DNA of 64,000 nt, taken from assembly GCA_951406725.2 (NCBI GenBank), contig OX597824.1, forward strand, positions 64,170,001 to 64,234,000. The letters are read 5' to 3'. The position numbers and the translations under genes were made by a program. The notes beneath the pieces were generated by a model. It worked only from the letters and a program-made list of their open reading frames with translations, had not been told where the DNA came from and made no database searches. This document shows positions 41,124 through 57,518 of this stretch, piece by piece (the first letter of the stretch is position 1; each line of letters opens with the position of its first letter). Source of the DNA: Octopus vulgaris (Eukaryota).

Positions 41124-41714
41124 AAAAAAATATATATATATATAACTGTGACTGGTGAAATATCACTGTTTCTGTAATGATTTGTACTGGATGAAACACC
41201 AATTTTGTAAATTAAACTAATTTTGTATTACACATGCACACACAGGGTACTATACATATGTACATATACATAAATAGAAACAATCTTCCATCCAGATTTT
41301 CCAACCCATACCAGCATGGGAATCAAACATTGGAAAATGATGATGATGATGATAATAAATCCAGACAATTTTTTGACAAATAACTTTTATTAACCAACTT
41401 GTCATCTTCTATTGCAAGAACTGAACAGCTGTATAGATGTAAACACAATTTTTTCTTCTTCTTTCTTTCCTTCTCTTTTTCATTGACACTCCTTTCAGAT
41501 ACACAGACACACACATACACACACAAACTTAGGCGTTGATATATATATAGGCGAAGGAGTGGCTATGTGGTAAGTAGCTTGCTTACCAACCACATGGTTC
41601 TGGGTTCAGTCCCACTGTTTGGCACCTTGGACAAGTGCCTTCTACTATAGCCTCAGGCCAACCAAAGCTTTGTGAGTGGATTTGGTAGACGGAAACTGAA
41701 AGAAGCCCATCGTA

Positions 41715-41762
<48 letters not shown>

Positions 41763-42414
41763 CGTATATGTTTGTGTGTCTGTGTTTGCCCCCCAACATC
41801 GCTTGACAACCAATGCTGGTGTGTTTACATCCCCGTAACTTAGCGGTTCAGCAAAAGAGTGAGATATAATAAGTACTAGGCTTACAAAGAATAAGTCCTG
41901 GGGTTAATTTCTTCAACTAAAAGAGAGTAAGGAGAGTAATGCACATAAATACACATCCACACAAATAGAAGTGTATACTTGCATACATATACATCCATGT
42001 ATGTATGTGCACACGTATAAACATACATGCTTACACATATACATAGACGTACACATACAAATACATATGCATGCCAAAACATATCTAGGCCCTGACATAT
42101 ATATACAAACAACCTTTTAAAAAATTGCTGAGTGTATAATAATAAAAATTGGATAAAAGACATGCAAAATAGAACACCATATATCGAATTACCTATAAAT
42201 ATAACCATTAAATGGGTGTATAAAATACAATAAAATGAAATAAAAATAAAATCTTAAATATGAAACTAATATATACATATAACAGTCAAAGGTTTTCTAA
42301 AGAAATATGTCAAAATATATACAATATCTTTGTGATGCGAAATAAACCATGCATTACAATATACAAATCCAACAGTAGGAGTGGAAACTAGTTTAAGATT
42401 CAAAAAATATTTAC

Positions 42415-43788
42415 TATCCATATGGTATATTGTTAGCCAACATTTTAAATTTTGTTGTATGTCTGCAAGAATTCAAGAGTTCATGTATTTGATTCAAGGC
42501 GCTTTTGTCCTGGAATAAAATATAAAATTTTCCAAAAGACATAAATTACATTTGATGGGTCTTTTATGCATACCATGTCCGTAAGGTGATGCTCTATTTA
42601 AAATTCTCCATGTCACATTGAAAGGCTGGTTTCATTTTCTTTTAATTCCCAGACATATTTTGCCAGGCTGGTTTTTGTCCTATTTTCGGGGTATCGGAAG
42701 GAATTTCTATGAGAATAAAATTGGGTCTTGAAAGTATTTTCAGAAGCCCCTGTGTAAATTCTATATTCATGTGAGCCTTCTTATCTGCACTTTGGCTCTA
42801 TACACAATTCCTTTCTCCAGACATTTTCCTTTCAGCAGACAGGAGGTCCCATCTTTGCAATTGCAATTTTTAGGAAAAGAATCATCACTATGGTTATTTG
42901 CAATTATCTTATTGGTGTGTTGGTTATTAAAAGATATGACATTTTTGCAACAAGAATAGCTGATCTTAAGCGTTCTTCAATTAAATATTCTATAAAACTT
43001 ATGGTCAAGTTGAAAATGTCTAGAGACTAATTCTAAGAATTCCCTACCTATGTTTGTTTTTACGGCCATATTAAAAGCTGAGTTAAACCACAAAACCTTC
43101 CTAGTCCTAGTTCTATGTGTTGCATTACTGCTAGCATTAAGTTGGTTATACTGGATCTTTTCAGAGAATCCACTATTCCTTAATGTGCTATTGTAATAAG
43201 GTGCAGCATTTTGAAATGCTGCTTCATCTGAAGAAATTGACAATATTCATCTACCTACATTACTGACAAAGTTCCTAAGAATAACTTGCAGATGATTGGA
43301 TTCTTTATTAATATAAGATAGCTTATCTTTAGACTTATAGTAAGGTTTGAATTTATCTGACTGTAAATCTAAATTTATATCTAAGAAATCTACACTTTTA
43401 AGGTTAGTATCTATCATAATCCATAAGCCCATCATCTGGAAGAAAGCAATTAGATCCTTCCAAAGCTTATCTAATTCATAGCCGTTTTTAAATTATGGGT
43501 GATAATAAGGCCATCATCTCTATATAATCTTGCATCTATAAACAGGAATTCTAGCTTTAGATTGTGCAAAATATAAGCTCCTATGAGCACACATAACTTA
43601 GCACTATCGTATGCCCCCATCAGTACATCTTACAGAGAATCCTCTCTTTTTGACCCAGGTAGAATCCTTGTAAAAAGAAGTGATTACTTTGCATGTATGA
43701 TAATATCTATTTCCAAGTTATTAATGTTGACATACTGCTTGGCGAAGTCTAATGCTTTTAGGAGCAAAGGTCTGGATATTGACGGGTA
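42415..43788 (-). mobile_element. Decayed Penelope-like element (RT + GIY-YIG), type 1
   Basis: Hand translation: DVLMGAYDSA, LYRDDGL, VDFLDINLDL, WFNSAFNMAVKTNIGREFL, CNCKDGTSCLLKGKC..IVYRA, IYTG. Confidence 0.85.
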
Positions 43789-43819
43789 AAAGTATATATA
43801 TATGTGTGTGTGTGTGTGT

Positions 43820-45790
43820 CCCCGAAAAAACAAAGAAATCAAACTCTAGATACCTTATGTGATTTGATTTCCAGTTTCTCCTACAATTTACCCCTACCCC
43901 GAAAATTTTAAATAAATACAAGTAGAGAAGAATGGGAAATCATTAATAATCTCAAGGAGGATGACAATATAATTATAAAAGAAGCCAACAAAGGGAGTAC
44001 TGTAGTTATGGACTCAGAAAAATACATAAACACTACCCTAATCCTCCTTCAAGACAATACCTACTACAAAAAATCAACAACTATAACCAATCCAAGATAA
44101 TGACCAAACTGTCTACCCTTATCCACCAATTCCAACAAGGTTTAACAAAAAAGGAGACAGATTACTTGACTAGATTTGACTGCAAAACCAGCAGCTTTTA
44201 TGGACATCCCAAAATCCACAAAAGTGAGGCCATAAATGAAGCCTGTAACAAGTCAACTTCTATAGTCATAAACATTCCACACCTGAGAGATCTCAAAATG
44301 AGACAAATTGTGGCCAGTCCCTTGTGTGAGACATACAGACTCAGTAACTTTATTGACACCCTCCTTAAACCTATTCTCCAATATATACCAAGCTTTATAT
44401 GGGATGATCTGGACTTTTTAAACAATCACCCAAACAAAACCAGCAAAGACTCCCTCCTGATTTCATTCGATGTAGTAAACCTCTACACCTCAATTCCTCA
44501 CAAACTCGGAATAATAGCCATACAATACTGACTGGAAAAATTCCCAAATGACATTCCTGACAGAATCGGAAAATAATTCATTGTTGAAGGAATAAAATTC
44601 ATCCTACAGAACAACTTCTTCAATTTCAACAAAAACATTTATAGACAAAAATCAGGCACAGTGATAGGAACAAGGGTAGCACCTACTTTTGCCAACCTTG
44701 TCATGACATACTTGGAAGTCCAAATATACAAACACACTTGATTGAAATTTGGGGACAACTTCCAAAAATACTTACTCTCCAACTGGAAACACTACCTGGA
44801 TGACTGTTTCATCCTATGGACACAGAACCTTGAACAACTCTCAAAATTTAAAAACTTAATCAACAGCAATAACCACAGTATCCAGTTTACAATGGAATAC
44901 AGCCACAAACAACCACCCTTCCTAGACATCTTAACAATAAAGAGACATACTGAAATTGAAACCGACATCTTCTTCAAAACAATATCTTCTATTCTCCTCT
45001 TGCCACCTAAAACATACTAAAATAAATATACCATTCAACTTAGCGAGAAGAATTTGCATGATTGCATCAAATCCCAAAACCCGAGAAAAGTGACTCCAAG
45101 AACTTAAAAACACATTACTAGATAGAAAATACCCAGACAGTCTAATAAAAAATGGAATAGAACATGTAAAAATGATAGACATCCAAGAGTTACGGAAAAC
45201 AAGAAAATGCCATGACACACTTAAAATTCTATCTTACGTATCAATGCACAATCCAAGAAACATGGAAGCATACAACATCATCCACCAAAACATACCCCTC
45301 CTTATGATGGATCCAAGAATGAAAAATGCACTAGAAACCCATGGGATTATTAAAAGCAAGAGATAAAATTACTCACAAGCACCAAATTACTCACCAAAAA
45401 TACAATGCCACAAGTCAAAAAGTGCAACCACCCTAACTGCAGAACTTGCATCTTCCTCTTAGAGGGCTCAACATACAAATTTAAGTCAGGTCAAATTTTT
45501 AATATAAAATATGACTTCACCTGTGCTTCGAAGTACTTAATCTATGTTATTAAATGTGGAGGTTGTGGTGGTGACTACTTTGGTCAAACTAGCTTAACTT
45601 TGAGGGATAGACTTACACACACACACAACACAGCCTTTCTCAGTTGGAACAACATGTGTATTACTGTGACATCATCATTCCCATAAAATTTTCTTATGGA
45701 GTGAAAAATATAGAAAAATATCAATAGATGTGTAAGTGAGAAAGAAACAAGGAAGGTCTTGGGATGTGGTAGAAACAACAACCAGATCTC
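43820..45790 (+). mobile_element. Decayed Penelope-like element (RT + GIY-YIG), type 2, probably Neptune-like
   Basis: KEANKG, FYGHPKIHK, FDVVNLYTSIP, GTRVAPTFAN, YLDDCF, PFLD; then CNHPNCRTC...FTCASKYLIYVIKCGGCGGDYFGQT (Cys motif plus GIY-YIG). Confidence 0.9.
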
Positions 45791-45855
45791 CCTTAAATCA
45801 CACATTTACCTCACAAATTATTATCAAATTATATATATATATACATATATATACA

Positions 45856-45964
<109 letters not shown>

Positions 45965-45969
45965 ATAAG

Positions 45970-46003
<34 letters not shown>

Positions 46004-46131
46004 ATATATATATATTTTGATAAGCATATCATATTTTGATAAGCATAACAAATGCGCAACCGGTAAAAAGAACTTTCACCTAATTAAATTACTTAAATTA
46101 CTTCAATTATTTGTCAGCATTTTCTTCATTT

Positions 46132-46630
<499 letters not shown>

Positions 46631-47751
46631 CATGCTAGTGGAGCGCTAAGAGCACCATCCGAGCATGATCGTTGGCAGAGCAGCTAACCAGCTTCCATGC
46701 CAGTAGCACGTAAAAAGCACCATTTGAGCGTGATCGTTACCAGCGTCACCTTACTGGCACTTGTGCCGGTGTTACTGGAACATGAAAAAAATATTTGAGT
46801 GAGGTCATTGCCAGTGACGCTGGACTGGTCTCCTGTGCAGGTGGCACATAAAAAACACCATTTGAGCATGGCCGTTGCCAGTACTGCCTGACTGGTCCGT
46901 GTGCAGGTGGCATGTAAAAACACCCACTACACTTTCAGAGTCGTTGGCGTTAGGAAGGGCATCCAGCTGTAGAAATTCTGCCAGATCAAGATTGGAGCCT
47001 GCTGCAGCCATCTGGTTCGCCAGTCCTCAGTCAAATCATCCAACCCATGCTAGTATGGAAAGCAGACGTTAAACAATGGTGATGATGATATATGTGCATC
47101 TAAGCATGAACACAAAAAAAATTTCATCTAAGGATTATCTTCCTTTCAACAACTTCTTCCTTTTCTTTCTCTTAACAGTTACAACAGCCAAGGCTCATTA
47201 TGTCATTTTCTCTAAACTAGAATGTATAAATTTACGTTCATATTTGAATTTATTGCGTTTCAATAATTTTTCTGTTTTTACTCATTCTCGAATTTGATGG
47301 ACATATAGTGGTACATAAGCCGACTCAGGAAATCTCTAGTGAGACTTTTTATTGATGTACCCAGAGACCCAAAACGGGTCAAAACATGTTTTGTACCCAA
47401 AATAATCTATTACACATTCCATCTATTTTATTAATACTGTATATATGTGTGTGTATGTGTGTACATATATATATATATATATCATCATCATCATTTAGCG
47501 TCCGCTTTCCATGCTAGCATGGGTTGGACAGGTCAACTGGGGTCTGTGAAGCTGGAAGGCTTCGTCAGGCCCAGTCAGATCTGGCAGTGTTTCTACGGCT
47601 GGATGCCCTTCCTAACGCCAACCACTCTGCGAGTGTAGTGGGTGTTTTTTACGTGCCACCTGCACAGGTGCCAGACAGAGCTGGCGAACGGCAACGAACG
47701 GATGGTGCTTTTACGTGTCACCAGCACGGGGCCAGGCGATGCTGGCAACGG

Positions 47752-47815
<64 letters not shown>

Positions 47816-47910
47816 CTGTGTGTACATATATATATGTGTGTGTATATTAAATATACATATAGGGGTACAGGATGGCACCAACTGTGTAAACAACATGAAG
47901 TATGAAAACA

Positions 47911-48404
47911 AATGAGTTAAATACTCAAAGAACAAGAGAAAAAAAATGGAAAACAGGACAAGTAACTCAAAGAATGACCTTTCATCAGTTGTTGGCTGTC
48001 TATTGACTCCTCATTTCAGGCATTCAATGACGATATGAGTCTTCGAGGAAAGTTGCTCCCATAAATTCCAAAACAAAATTTGGGACTCTTCTATCTTTCC
48101 TCTTTTCAAAGAAAATATTTCTCCCAGCATTCACTATTTTCCACTCATTCTGGTCTCATGACATCCATGTTTGTTTTTATTCACTGTTCTTGTATGTTTT
48201 GTTTTAGTTCCCAACTTTGATGCTCCATAAATCCCAAATTTTATTTTGAAATTTATGGAAGCAACTGTCTTTGAAGACTTATATTGCTGTTGAATGCTCA
48301 AAATTAGGAGTAGATACACAGCTGACAACTGATGAAGGACCGTTCTCTGTGTTACGTGTCCCATTTTCCATTCCTTTCTCACATTGTTTGAGTATTTCAC
48401 TCAT
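47911..48404. repeat. Long diverged fold-back (~175-bp arms)
   Basis: 47911-48088 is an imperfect reverse complement of 48229-48404. Confidence 0.75.
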
Positions 48405-48518
48405 AAGCCCGCCATTTTCATAGATATGTAAAGATAAACATTCGTACATGCTACGACGAATTCTACGGTTGGCTATCGAGCTTGTAATGTTATGTTTTCT
48501 CTTATATTTTTTGAGTTT

Positions 48519-48582
48519 GTTGCACTGATGAACATGAAATGCATATTCTGCATTAAATGCGAAATCACATGTGATATGTAAC
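48519..48582 (+). ncRNA. Near-intact type I hammerhead-like motif
   Basis: gttgca-CTGATGA-acat..aatgca/tgcatt..atgc-GAAA-tcacatgtga-TA-tgtaac: 6-bp stem I, perfectly palindromic stem III, AUA triplet; one mismatch at the base of stem II. Confidence 0.7.
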
Positions 48583-48743
48583 TGAATTCTTTTTTAAAAT
48601 GATGTGTTTTTGAAGTTTTGCATTCGGTAAAATTTTGTTTATTTTTAGTAGTTTTGACCGCATTGGTCCCTCTTAGCGTGTTGGTATCTACGAATAGTAG
48701 TACCCTCAATTTAATATACATATATATATATATACATATATAT

Positions 48744-48794
<51 letters not shown>

Positions 48795-48945
48795 TATATA
48801 CATATATATATATACATATATATATATACACACACACATATATATAGTTTTGCATTCGGTAAAATTTTGTTTATTTTTAGTAGTTTTGACCGCATTGGTC
48901 CCTCTTAGCGTGTTGGTATCTACGAATAGTAGTACCCTCAATTTA

Positions 48946-49008
<63 letters not shown>

Positions 49009-49122
49009 CACATATATATATACATATATCTATATACATATATATATATACATATATATATATACACACACACATATATATATATACACACACACACATA
49101 TATATACACATACATATATATA

Positions 49123-50144
49123 TCATTTACATTAATGACATTAATGACATCATCAAGCACAGCAACATAAAAATCTTTGCAGATGATTCCAAGCTACAGA
49201 AGGTCATAAATGAGGCGAGTGACCGGACATGCCTTCAGTCAGATCTACTGGCTGTTATCCAATGGGCAGAAAAAAACAATATGCTGCTGAACGAGGATAA
49301 ATTTGAGTTAATCCACTTTGGAAAAGAGGATGCCCTGAAACTCCCATACTCCCTTCCTTCAGGTGAAACTCTCGCGGCGTCCAACAACATCAGAGACTTG
49401 GGAGTAATTGTGGACAACAACATAAGCTGGGCCACTCATATAAACACCAAAGTTGACATGGCCCGCAGAATGTGTTCCTGGATTCTCAGAACTTTCCAGT
49501 CGAGAGATATCCACACCATTATCCTTCTCTTCTCCACTTTTGCCCGACCCCACCTTGAATACTGATGTCCACTGTGGTCTCCCCACACAATACAAGGTAT
49601 CATAAAAGTTGAAGCACCTCAAAGGGCAATCACAAAAAAGATAGATGGCATGACAGGCCTCGACTATTGGGGTCGACTAGAAAAGCTAAAACTTTATTCT
49701 CTCCAACGTCGTCGTGAGCGCTACATCATCTGCATGATGTGGAAAATATTCCATCAGCATTGCCCAAATGATGTTGGCATCACCTTTAAGGTACATCCAA
49801 GGCTTGGGCCCCGTGCCATCCGCCCAAAACAAAAATCGCACTCTCATCTCATAACAACAATACGGCACAATTATTTCACCTCAATTGGCCCCGCTCTCTT
49901 TAACATTACACCAAAACACATTAAAACAGAAACTGACCCTATAGGGTTCAAGAAGTCTTTGGACAGATTCCTTCAAGAAATCCCGGATAAACCCCCTACA
50001 CCCGGATATGTCTCTGTAAACAATAACTCTCTACTTGAGTGGGCCATAGTGCCCAAATTCTGACTTGAAAGACTTCACCAGGTGGTGCTATTAAGTTACA
50101 CATGGCCTGGGCCAATAATGGCCAAAACCTATCAAAGTATCAAA

Positions 50145-50146
<2 letters not shown>
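49123..50146 (+). mobile_element. 5'-truncated CR1-clade LINE, well preserved, inserted in (TA)n
   Basis: FADDSKL, LQSDL..W, RDLGV, RPHLEY*CPLWSP, RLEKLKLYSLQRRRER; one internal stop; tail tatcaaagtatcaaag. Confidence 0.9.
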
Positions 50147-50193
<47 letters not shown>

Positions 50194-50300
50194 TACATAT
50201 AACGGGAAGCTTTATGAAAATAAACAAAAGACGAAGGCAGGTGGAAAACAAACGAACAATTGTATTAGTATGGCGCTCAGGAAATATAAATAAAACAAGT

Positions 50301-50336
50301 CTTTAACGTTTCGAGCCTACGCTCTTCAACAGAAAG
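50301..50336 (-). ncRNA. Minimal hammerhead-like motif (variant core)
   Basis: Minus strand: cttt-CTGTTGA-a-gagc-gtag-gctc-GAAA-cg-TT-aaag. The core deviates from CUGANGA. Confidence 0.5.
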
Positions 50337-50692
50337 ATACACAGAGAGAGAAAAACACAGAAAGAAGGAGAGAAAAAAAATGCGTGCAGTAGCTAACGAA
50401 TCAACATGGCGATCTGATTTCGGCCAGAGGTCAAAGATCAAACATGAGACGCGAGAGCGAAATAAGGGGAGATCAAAAATTCAGGAAAATGTGGGAAGCA
50501 TGAAATGAATGTAAAAAAAGTGGTAATATAAGAGGAAATAAAAATACAACAAACGGGACAGTTTATGCGAACAAGTTCAAGGTTGAAAGTTCAAGGTGAG
50601 AAATGTGTAGACGTCGTGGTATATTTTTTAAGGATTTCACATCAATGCAAAGTCACTTTGATCCGCGAAAGAGAGGTGCAGCCAATGGTAAG

Positions 50693-52321
<1,629 letters not shown>

Positions 52322-52339
52322 ATGATTAATGAAATATAT

Positions 52340-52740
52340 AGATATTCAATCAACAATCCAATAATTTATTTATGTTACAATATTACATTAAATACTATGA
52401 ATATAATATAATATAACATAAATAATTACAAAAACCATAAAAGGCCAACAAATTCTTTCAACTTATATATATTTTTTCTGATACACATAATCGCAGTCCC
52501 ATTATATATATATAGTCACTTCAGGGTCTTTGGCTTTAGAAAAAAGTCAAAATTCTATATAATGGAACTGTTATTATGTACGTCATAAAAAAATATATGT
52601 AAGTCAAAACAATTTTTTGGCCTTTTATGGTTTACATATTTATTTATGTTATATAAAATTGTTATGGTATATATTATATTCATAGTATTAAATGTAATAT
52701 TGTGATATAAATAAATTATTGGATTGTCAATAGGATATCT
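52340..52740. repeat. AT-rich fold-back (~115-130 bp arms)
   Basis: 52340-52454 versus 52611-52740, e.g. acaatccaataatttatttat / ataaataaattattggattgt. Confidence 0.75.
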
Positions 52741-52869
52741 CTACATTTAATTTATCTTTATAATAGAATTATACCAATATTTATATGGCAACCAAATGAT
52801 GTAGCAGTGATGTGGATGTTTAACACACCCCTTTGAAGGATTTCTTTTTCTCAGTTTGTTACTTTATAT

Positions 52870-52978
52870 GAATATATATGTGTGTGTATATGTAAATATA
52901 AATATAAGTATGCATGCATATATGTGTATATATATATATCTATGTATGTATATATATATGCATATATATATATCTATG

Positions 52979-53018
<40 letters not shown>

Positions 53019-53242
53019 CATAGATATATATATATTTATGTGTTTATATATGTATGCCTGTATATACGTGTATATATATATATATATATGTGTTTATATA
53101 TGTATGCCTGTATATACGTGTATATATAAGTGCATACATATTTATGTGTGTATGTATATATATATATATATATATATTTATGTGTTTATATATGTATGCC
53201 TGTATATACGTGTATATATAAGTGCATACGTATTTATGTGTG

Positions 53243-53283
<41 letters not shown>

Positions 53284-53344
53284 GTGTTTATATATGTATG
53301 CCTGTATATACGTGTATATATAAGTGCATACGTATTTATGTGTG

Positions 53345-53383
<39 letters not shown>

Positions 53384-53677
53384 GTGTTTATATATGTATG
53401 CCTGTATATACGTGTATATATAAGTGCATACATATTTATGTGTGTATGTATGTATTATATATATATATATATATATATTATGTGTATATACGTTATATAT
53501 GTATGCCTGTATATACGTGTATATATAAGTGCATACGTATTAATGTATGTATATATATATATATATATATACATACATATATATATATATACATATGTAT
53601 ATATATATATATATATATACATACATATATATATATATACATATGTATATACATACATATATATATATACATATGTA

Positions 53678-53713
<36 letters not shown>

Positions 53714-53841
53714 ATATATATATATATATATACATACATATATATATACATACATATATATATACATACATATATATATACATACATATATATATACATA
53801 CATATATATATACATACATATATATATACATACATATATAT

Positions 53842-53882
<41 letters not shown>

Positions 53883-53945
53883 TATATACATACATATATA
53901 TGTATATATACATATATATATGTGTGGATATATATATGCATATAT
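52870..53945. repeat. Compound microsatellite with higher-order ~90-100 bp repeats
   Basis: The unit gtatgcctgtatatacgtgtatatataagtgcatac recurs about 5-6 times between (TA)n runs. Confidence 0.9.
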
Positions 53946-54329
53946 GAAATGTTTGTTGTGTGTAAGTGAGATTCTATTTATATTAAAGGCCAATCTTCCT
54001 CTACTTAACACTAAAAAAGAAAGAAATGTTTCTGCCTTCATAAAGATAAATACACTTTAAATATCTTTAATATTAATTGTTATAGGTGCTAGTACCCCCT
54101 TTGATAATAAAACTATTTTTTCCTAATCTGAGCACTATATATTGATTGCCATCCTTTTCTAATTTCTGTGTAAGACAACATTCTCTACATACCTTATATA
54201 TAATTTTCTTTATAAATAAATATATATCTTACGAGTATTTATATATACATAACTACACTAGTTCTTCTTTAGGATGTTGTTACTCCATATATTTCTAAGC
54301 ATATATTTTATGCACTCAGCTTATGAGCT

Positions 54330-57020
54330 GTGCCCATGTTGGGGCACCACCATTTGGTGTTGCTACATAATTTTTACTTCACTAGTTCTTTTTCCATTTT
54401 GACATTTGGTAAATGAGGGGATTTGATGCCACAGTCCTTATTTGCACTTTCCTGCCTGAGGCTGGTTCATCTGTGACACTTGACAGTAAGAGATCTAGTT
54501 TTGTTTTGAAGATATCTACATCCACCCCCATGTAGGTCTCTTGGGTCCTTTGGTGGGGATATTGAAAAGCTGTCGGCCTTTAAAGCCTTGGATGTTGCAA
54601 TATCTTGTATATTTTGATGGGAAAGTTGAAGTCTTTGGCACTATGAAATGGCACCCTGTTTTAGAGTTAGTGTAATTCTCAATACCAAAATTTGGGACAA
54701 ATCCCTCCAGGATCTTCCAGATGTATATTACAGCATACAATCCAGGGAAAAAAGTCTCAATTTCTTGAGTCTTTCCCAGTAGCATATATGCTGCATAAAT
54801 GCTATCTTCTTCATGTAGCTTCATTGGATTTCCTCATGTTCTGCAATTAATTTTACATTGGTTGGTGACTATAGCTAGGAGCAATAGTCAAAGTGACTTA
54901 GTACAAATGTCATTTGGAGGACCATCATGGTTTCCTGATCTCTCATTTTAAAATTTCTAAGAATTCATTTGGTCAGCTGCCAGCATTTCATTGCCAACTT
55001 AGCAACATTCACATGGAAGGATGCATCATTACTCATGTAAATGCCCAGGTCTCACACTGACTGTGTCTCTGGGATTGCAATCCCTCCAGGTCTAGAGTAT
55101 TTAATTGGTATTGCATTTAGTTTTGCATGCTGATAGGATAGGGCTTGAAACTTTTCAGCATTAAACTGCATGCTATTCTTCTTAGCCCACTTGTATATTT
55201 CATCTAACTCATGTTGCAGATGCATAGTGTCTTCAGGGTTCTATATCACCTGTGAGACTTTTGTATAATCTGCATAAATTGTGATTGTGGCTGAGGGCAT
55301 ATCTGAGATGGCCATTCTTAACAGTAGTGGTCCCAGAACAGTGTCTTGCAGAACACCACTCACTATTTGCATGTCATTGGAGGTGGCCTCATTGGCTACT
55401 ACTGCTTCACTTCTATCTTTCAGAAAGTCATGCAACCATTCTCCCAATTTCCTGACTATGGCGAGATCATGCTGTTTGTGACATATCATTCCATGATCGA
55501 CTTTATCAAAAGTCTTTGCAAAGTTGAGATATATCACATCCACATTTGAGTGGTTGAGCAACTGTTTCAACACCCAGTCATGTTGTAAGAGTTGAGTCAG
55601 GCAGCTTCTTCCTGGTCAGAAACCATGTTGGGTGTCAATCAGCAAGTCATTTTCCTCAAGGAAGGTGATTAGTTTTCTTCTGACTATTCGTTTCATGACT
55701 TTGCTGATGTGTGAGGTCAGAGAGATAGGTCTGTAGTTTTTGGCCTCTGCTACCTCCTTTATGGACAGGGCATATTTTCCCTTCCTTCAGCTTGCTTGGA
55801 AGTTTGCCAGTTGCAAGGGAACTCTGGAAGAGGAACTGCAGTGGTCTTGCTAGGATTCACATATTAGAAAGATTACTGGGAATCCACGGGGTCAGTAGCA
55901 GAGTACAGGTTCATCTCATCTGTAGCCCTTATTACATCATCTTTTATACTGATGTAATCAATCATAGCCACACATTACTGATGTAATCAATCATCACTGC
56001 CTCTGTTGTTATATCTGCAGTGGTGAAAAAGTCAGCTGGATTGCTGATTTGCAAGTGTCCTAGGGTTGGAGTGAAAATGCTTTTGAATTACTCATTTAGT
56101 ATTTCACTTTTCCTCATTGGGTTTCCTGTGAGTGAACCATCTTTTTCAAGGAGTGGGCCTACTCTGCAGTGCACTAAGGCTGTTTCTTTGGCAAACTTGT
56201 AGAAGGCTCTGAGGTTAGATTTTATATTGTCTATAGCCCAGGTTTCTTTGTCTGCTCTTTCTTTTTCATGGGAGAGTTGCAGATTTTTTTCAGTCTCCAG
56301 CAATTGTATTTTCAGGTGGGATCTTTCACTGCTTTCAATTCGTTTGCTTAGGCAATTTGAAATTTTTGTATGCAACTCATAAGAACTTTCCTCTCTCTGA
56401 GAATTTTGTTCTTGTGTACAGTGGCCTTTCATTCCAGGACAAATTTGTAGTATATGACTTGAATTACAGACATGAATGTTGAAGTTTCATGTAGATGTCT
56501 GGTGAGGAGAGACATTTAGGCCAGTTTCATTTGAGAATCTCTTTCTCAATGTTTCCAGTTTGCCTTATGAAAGTTCAAACTGGGAAGATTTTGAGAGCTT
56601 CTTGTATGCTGCATGTCCATAGTTTCCTTTGGTCTGTACATGGTCAGTTCAAACATATTGTAATCCAAGAGTAGTGTTGGTATCATTTTCACATTATGGA
56701 TGAGATCCATGTTATTTGTGAAGTAGTATTGATTGGAGTATTATTTGTTCCATGGACAAAGTACTGATGAGGTTCAGGAGGGATTTCATCTGTCCTTGTT
56801 TGCAACACACCATTCCTGAAAGAGAAAGACTCTCAAGCTATCCAACATTGGGCAGATTGAAGTTTCCCATAAGAAGTACACTTATGTATTGTTCTAATGA
56901 AACTAGAACTTCTATTTCTGTAAGGCAGTCTTCAAACTTGTTTGCATGATTCAGAGCATCTGGAGGGTGTTATGTAGTACATATAACTACTTAGAGTTAC
57001 TTTATATGTTCAATTAGTGT
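54330..57020 (-). mobile_element. Old CR1-clade LINE ORF2 remnant (APE endonuclease + RT)
   Basis: Fragments MGNFNLP (APE), DVIYLNFAKTFDKVDH, SGVLQDTVLGPLL, IYADYTK, DLGIYM; heavily disrupted. Confidence 0.8.
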
Positions 57021-57059
57021 GTCACATACTTGGGCTAATTACTGAATATGGCAGCTTCC

Positions 57060-57456
57060 ACTTTATGGATGCTATCATCATCAATGGTGGAATGTGGTCA
57101 TCCATGAATAGGAGCAGTTTCCTCCAATGTCCAACCACATTTGAACTGGCAATGCCAGTTCTTGGTTACATCATATGATGGTGCATCATCACCATAAACT
57201 TCTTTCATCTCATTGAAAGTCTCTTTTGCTGTATGACCTTTCGAGTATAAGAACCTGATCACTGATCTGCATTCAACTGCCTCCATTATAACACCTTAGT
57301 CCACTTCAGCTGTTGTAAAAGACAAATGAATACTAGTCGAAAGCTACAATTTACAATATGACATGTAGAGACATGTATGATTATATCTGTACAAGTTCCA
57401 TTTCCTGCAATAACCGAGGTGGGTCAGGGGAAATCATTAATGAACACCCCTTGTAT
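57060..57456 (-). mobile_element. mariner 5' fragment inserted at or near the CR1 5' end
   Basis: ORF 57098-57286(-) RSVIRFLY..G.TAKE...MKEVYGDDAPS..W..FK.G is the mariner HTH; a TA|caaggggtgttca terminus lies near 57456. Confidence 0.8.
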
Positions 57457-57459
57457 GCA

Positions 57460-57517
<58 letters not shown>

Positions 57518-57518
57518 G

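Noticed and set aside
46640-46925. Spaced repeats (gcacgtaaaaagcacc...) resembling a CRISPR array
   Set aside because: They are internal subrepeats of the RTE 3' UTR family with related spacers, in a eukaryotic context with no cas genes.
48325-48365. CTGATGA within the long fold-back
   Set aside because: No correctly placed GAAA or UH site.
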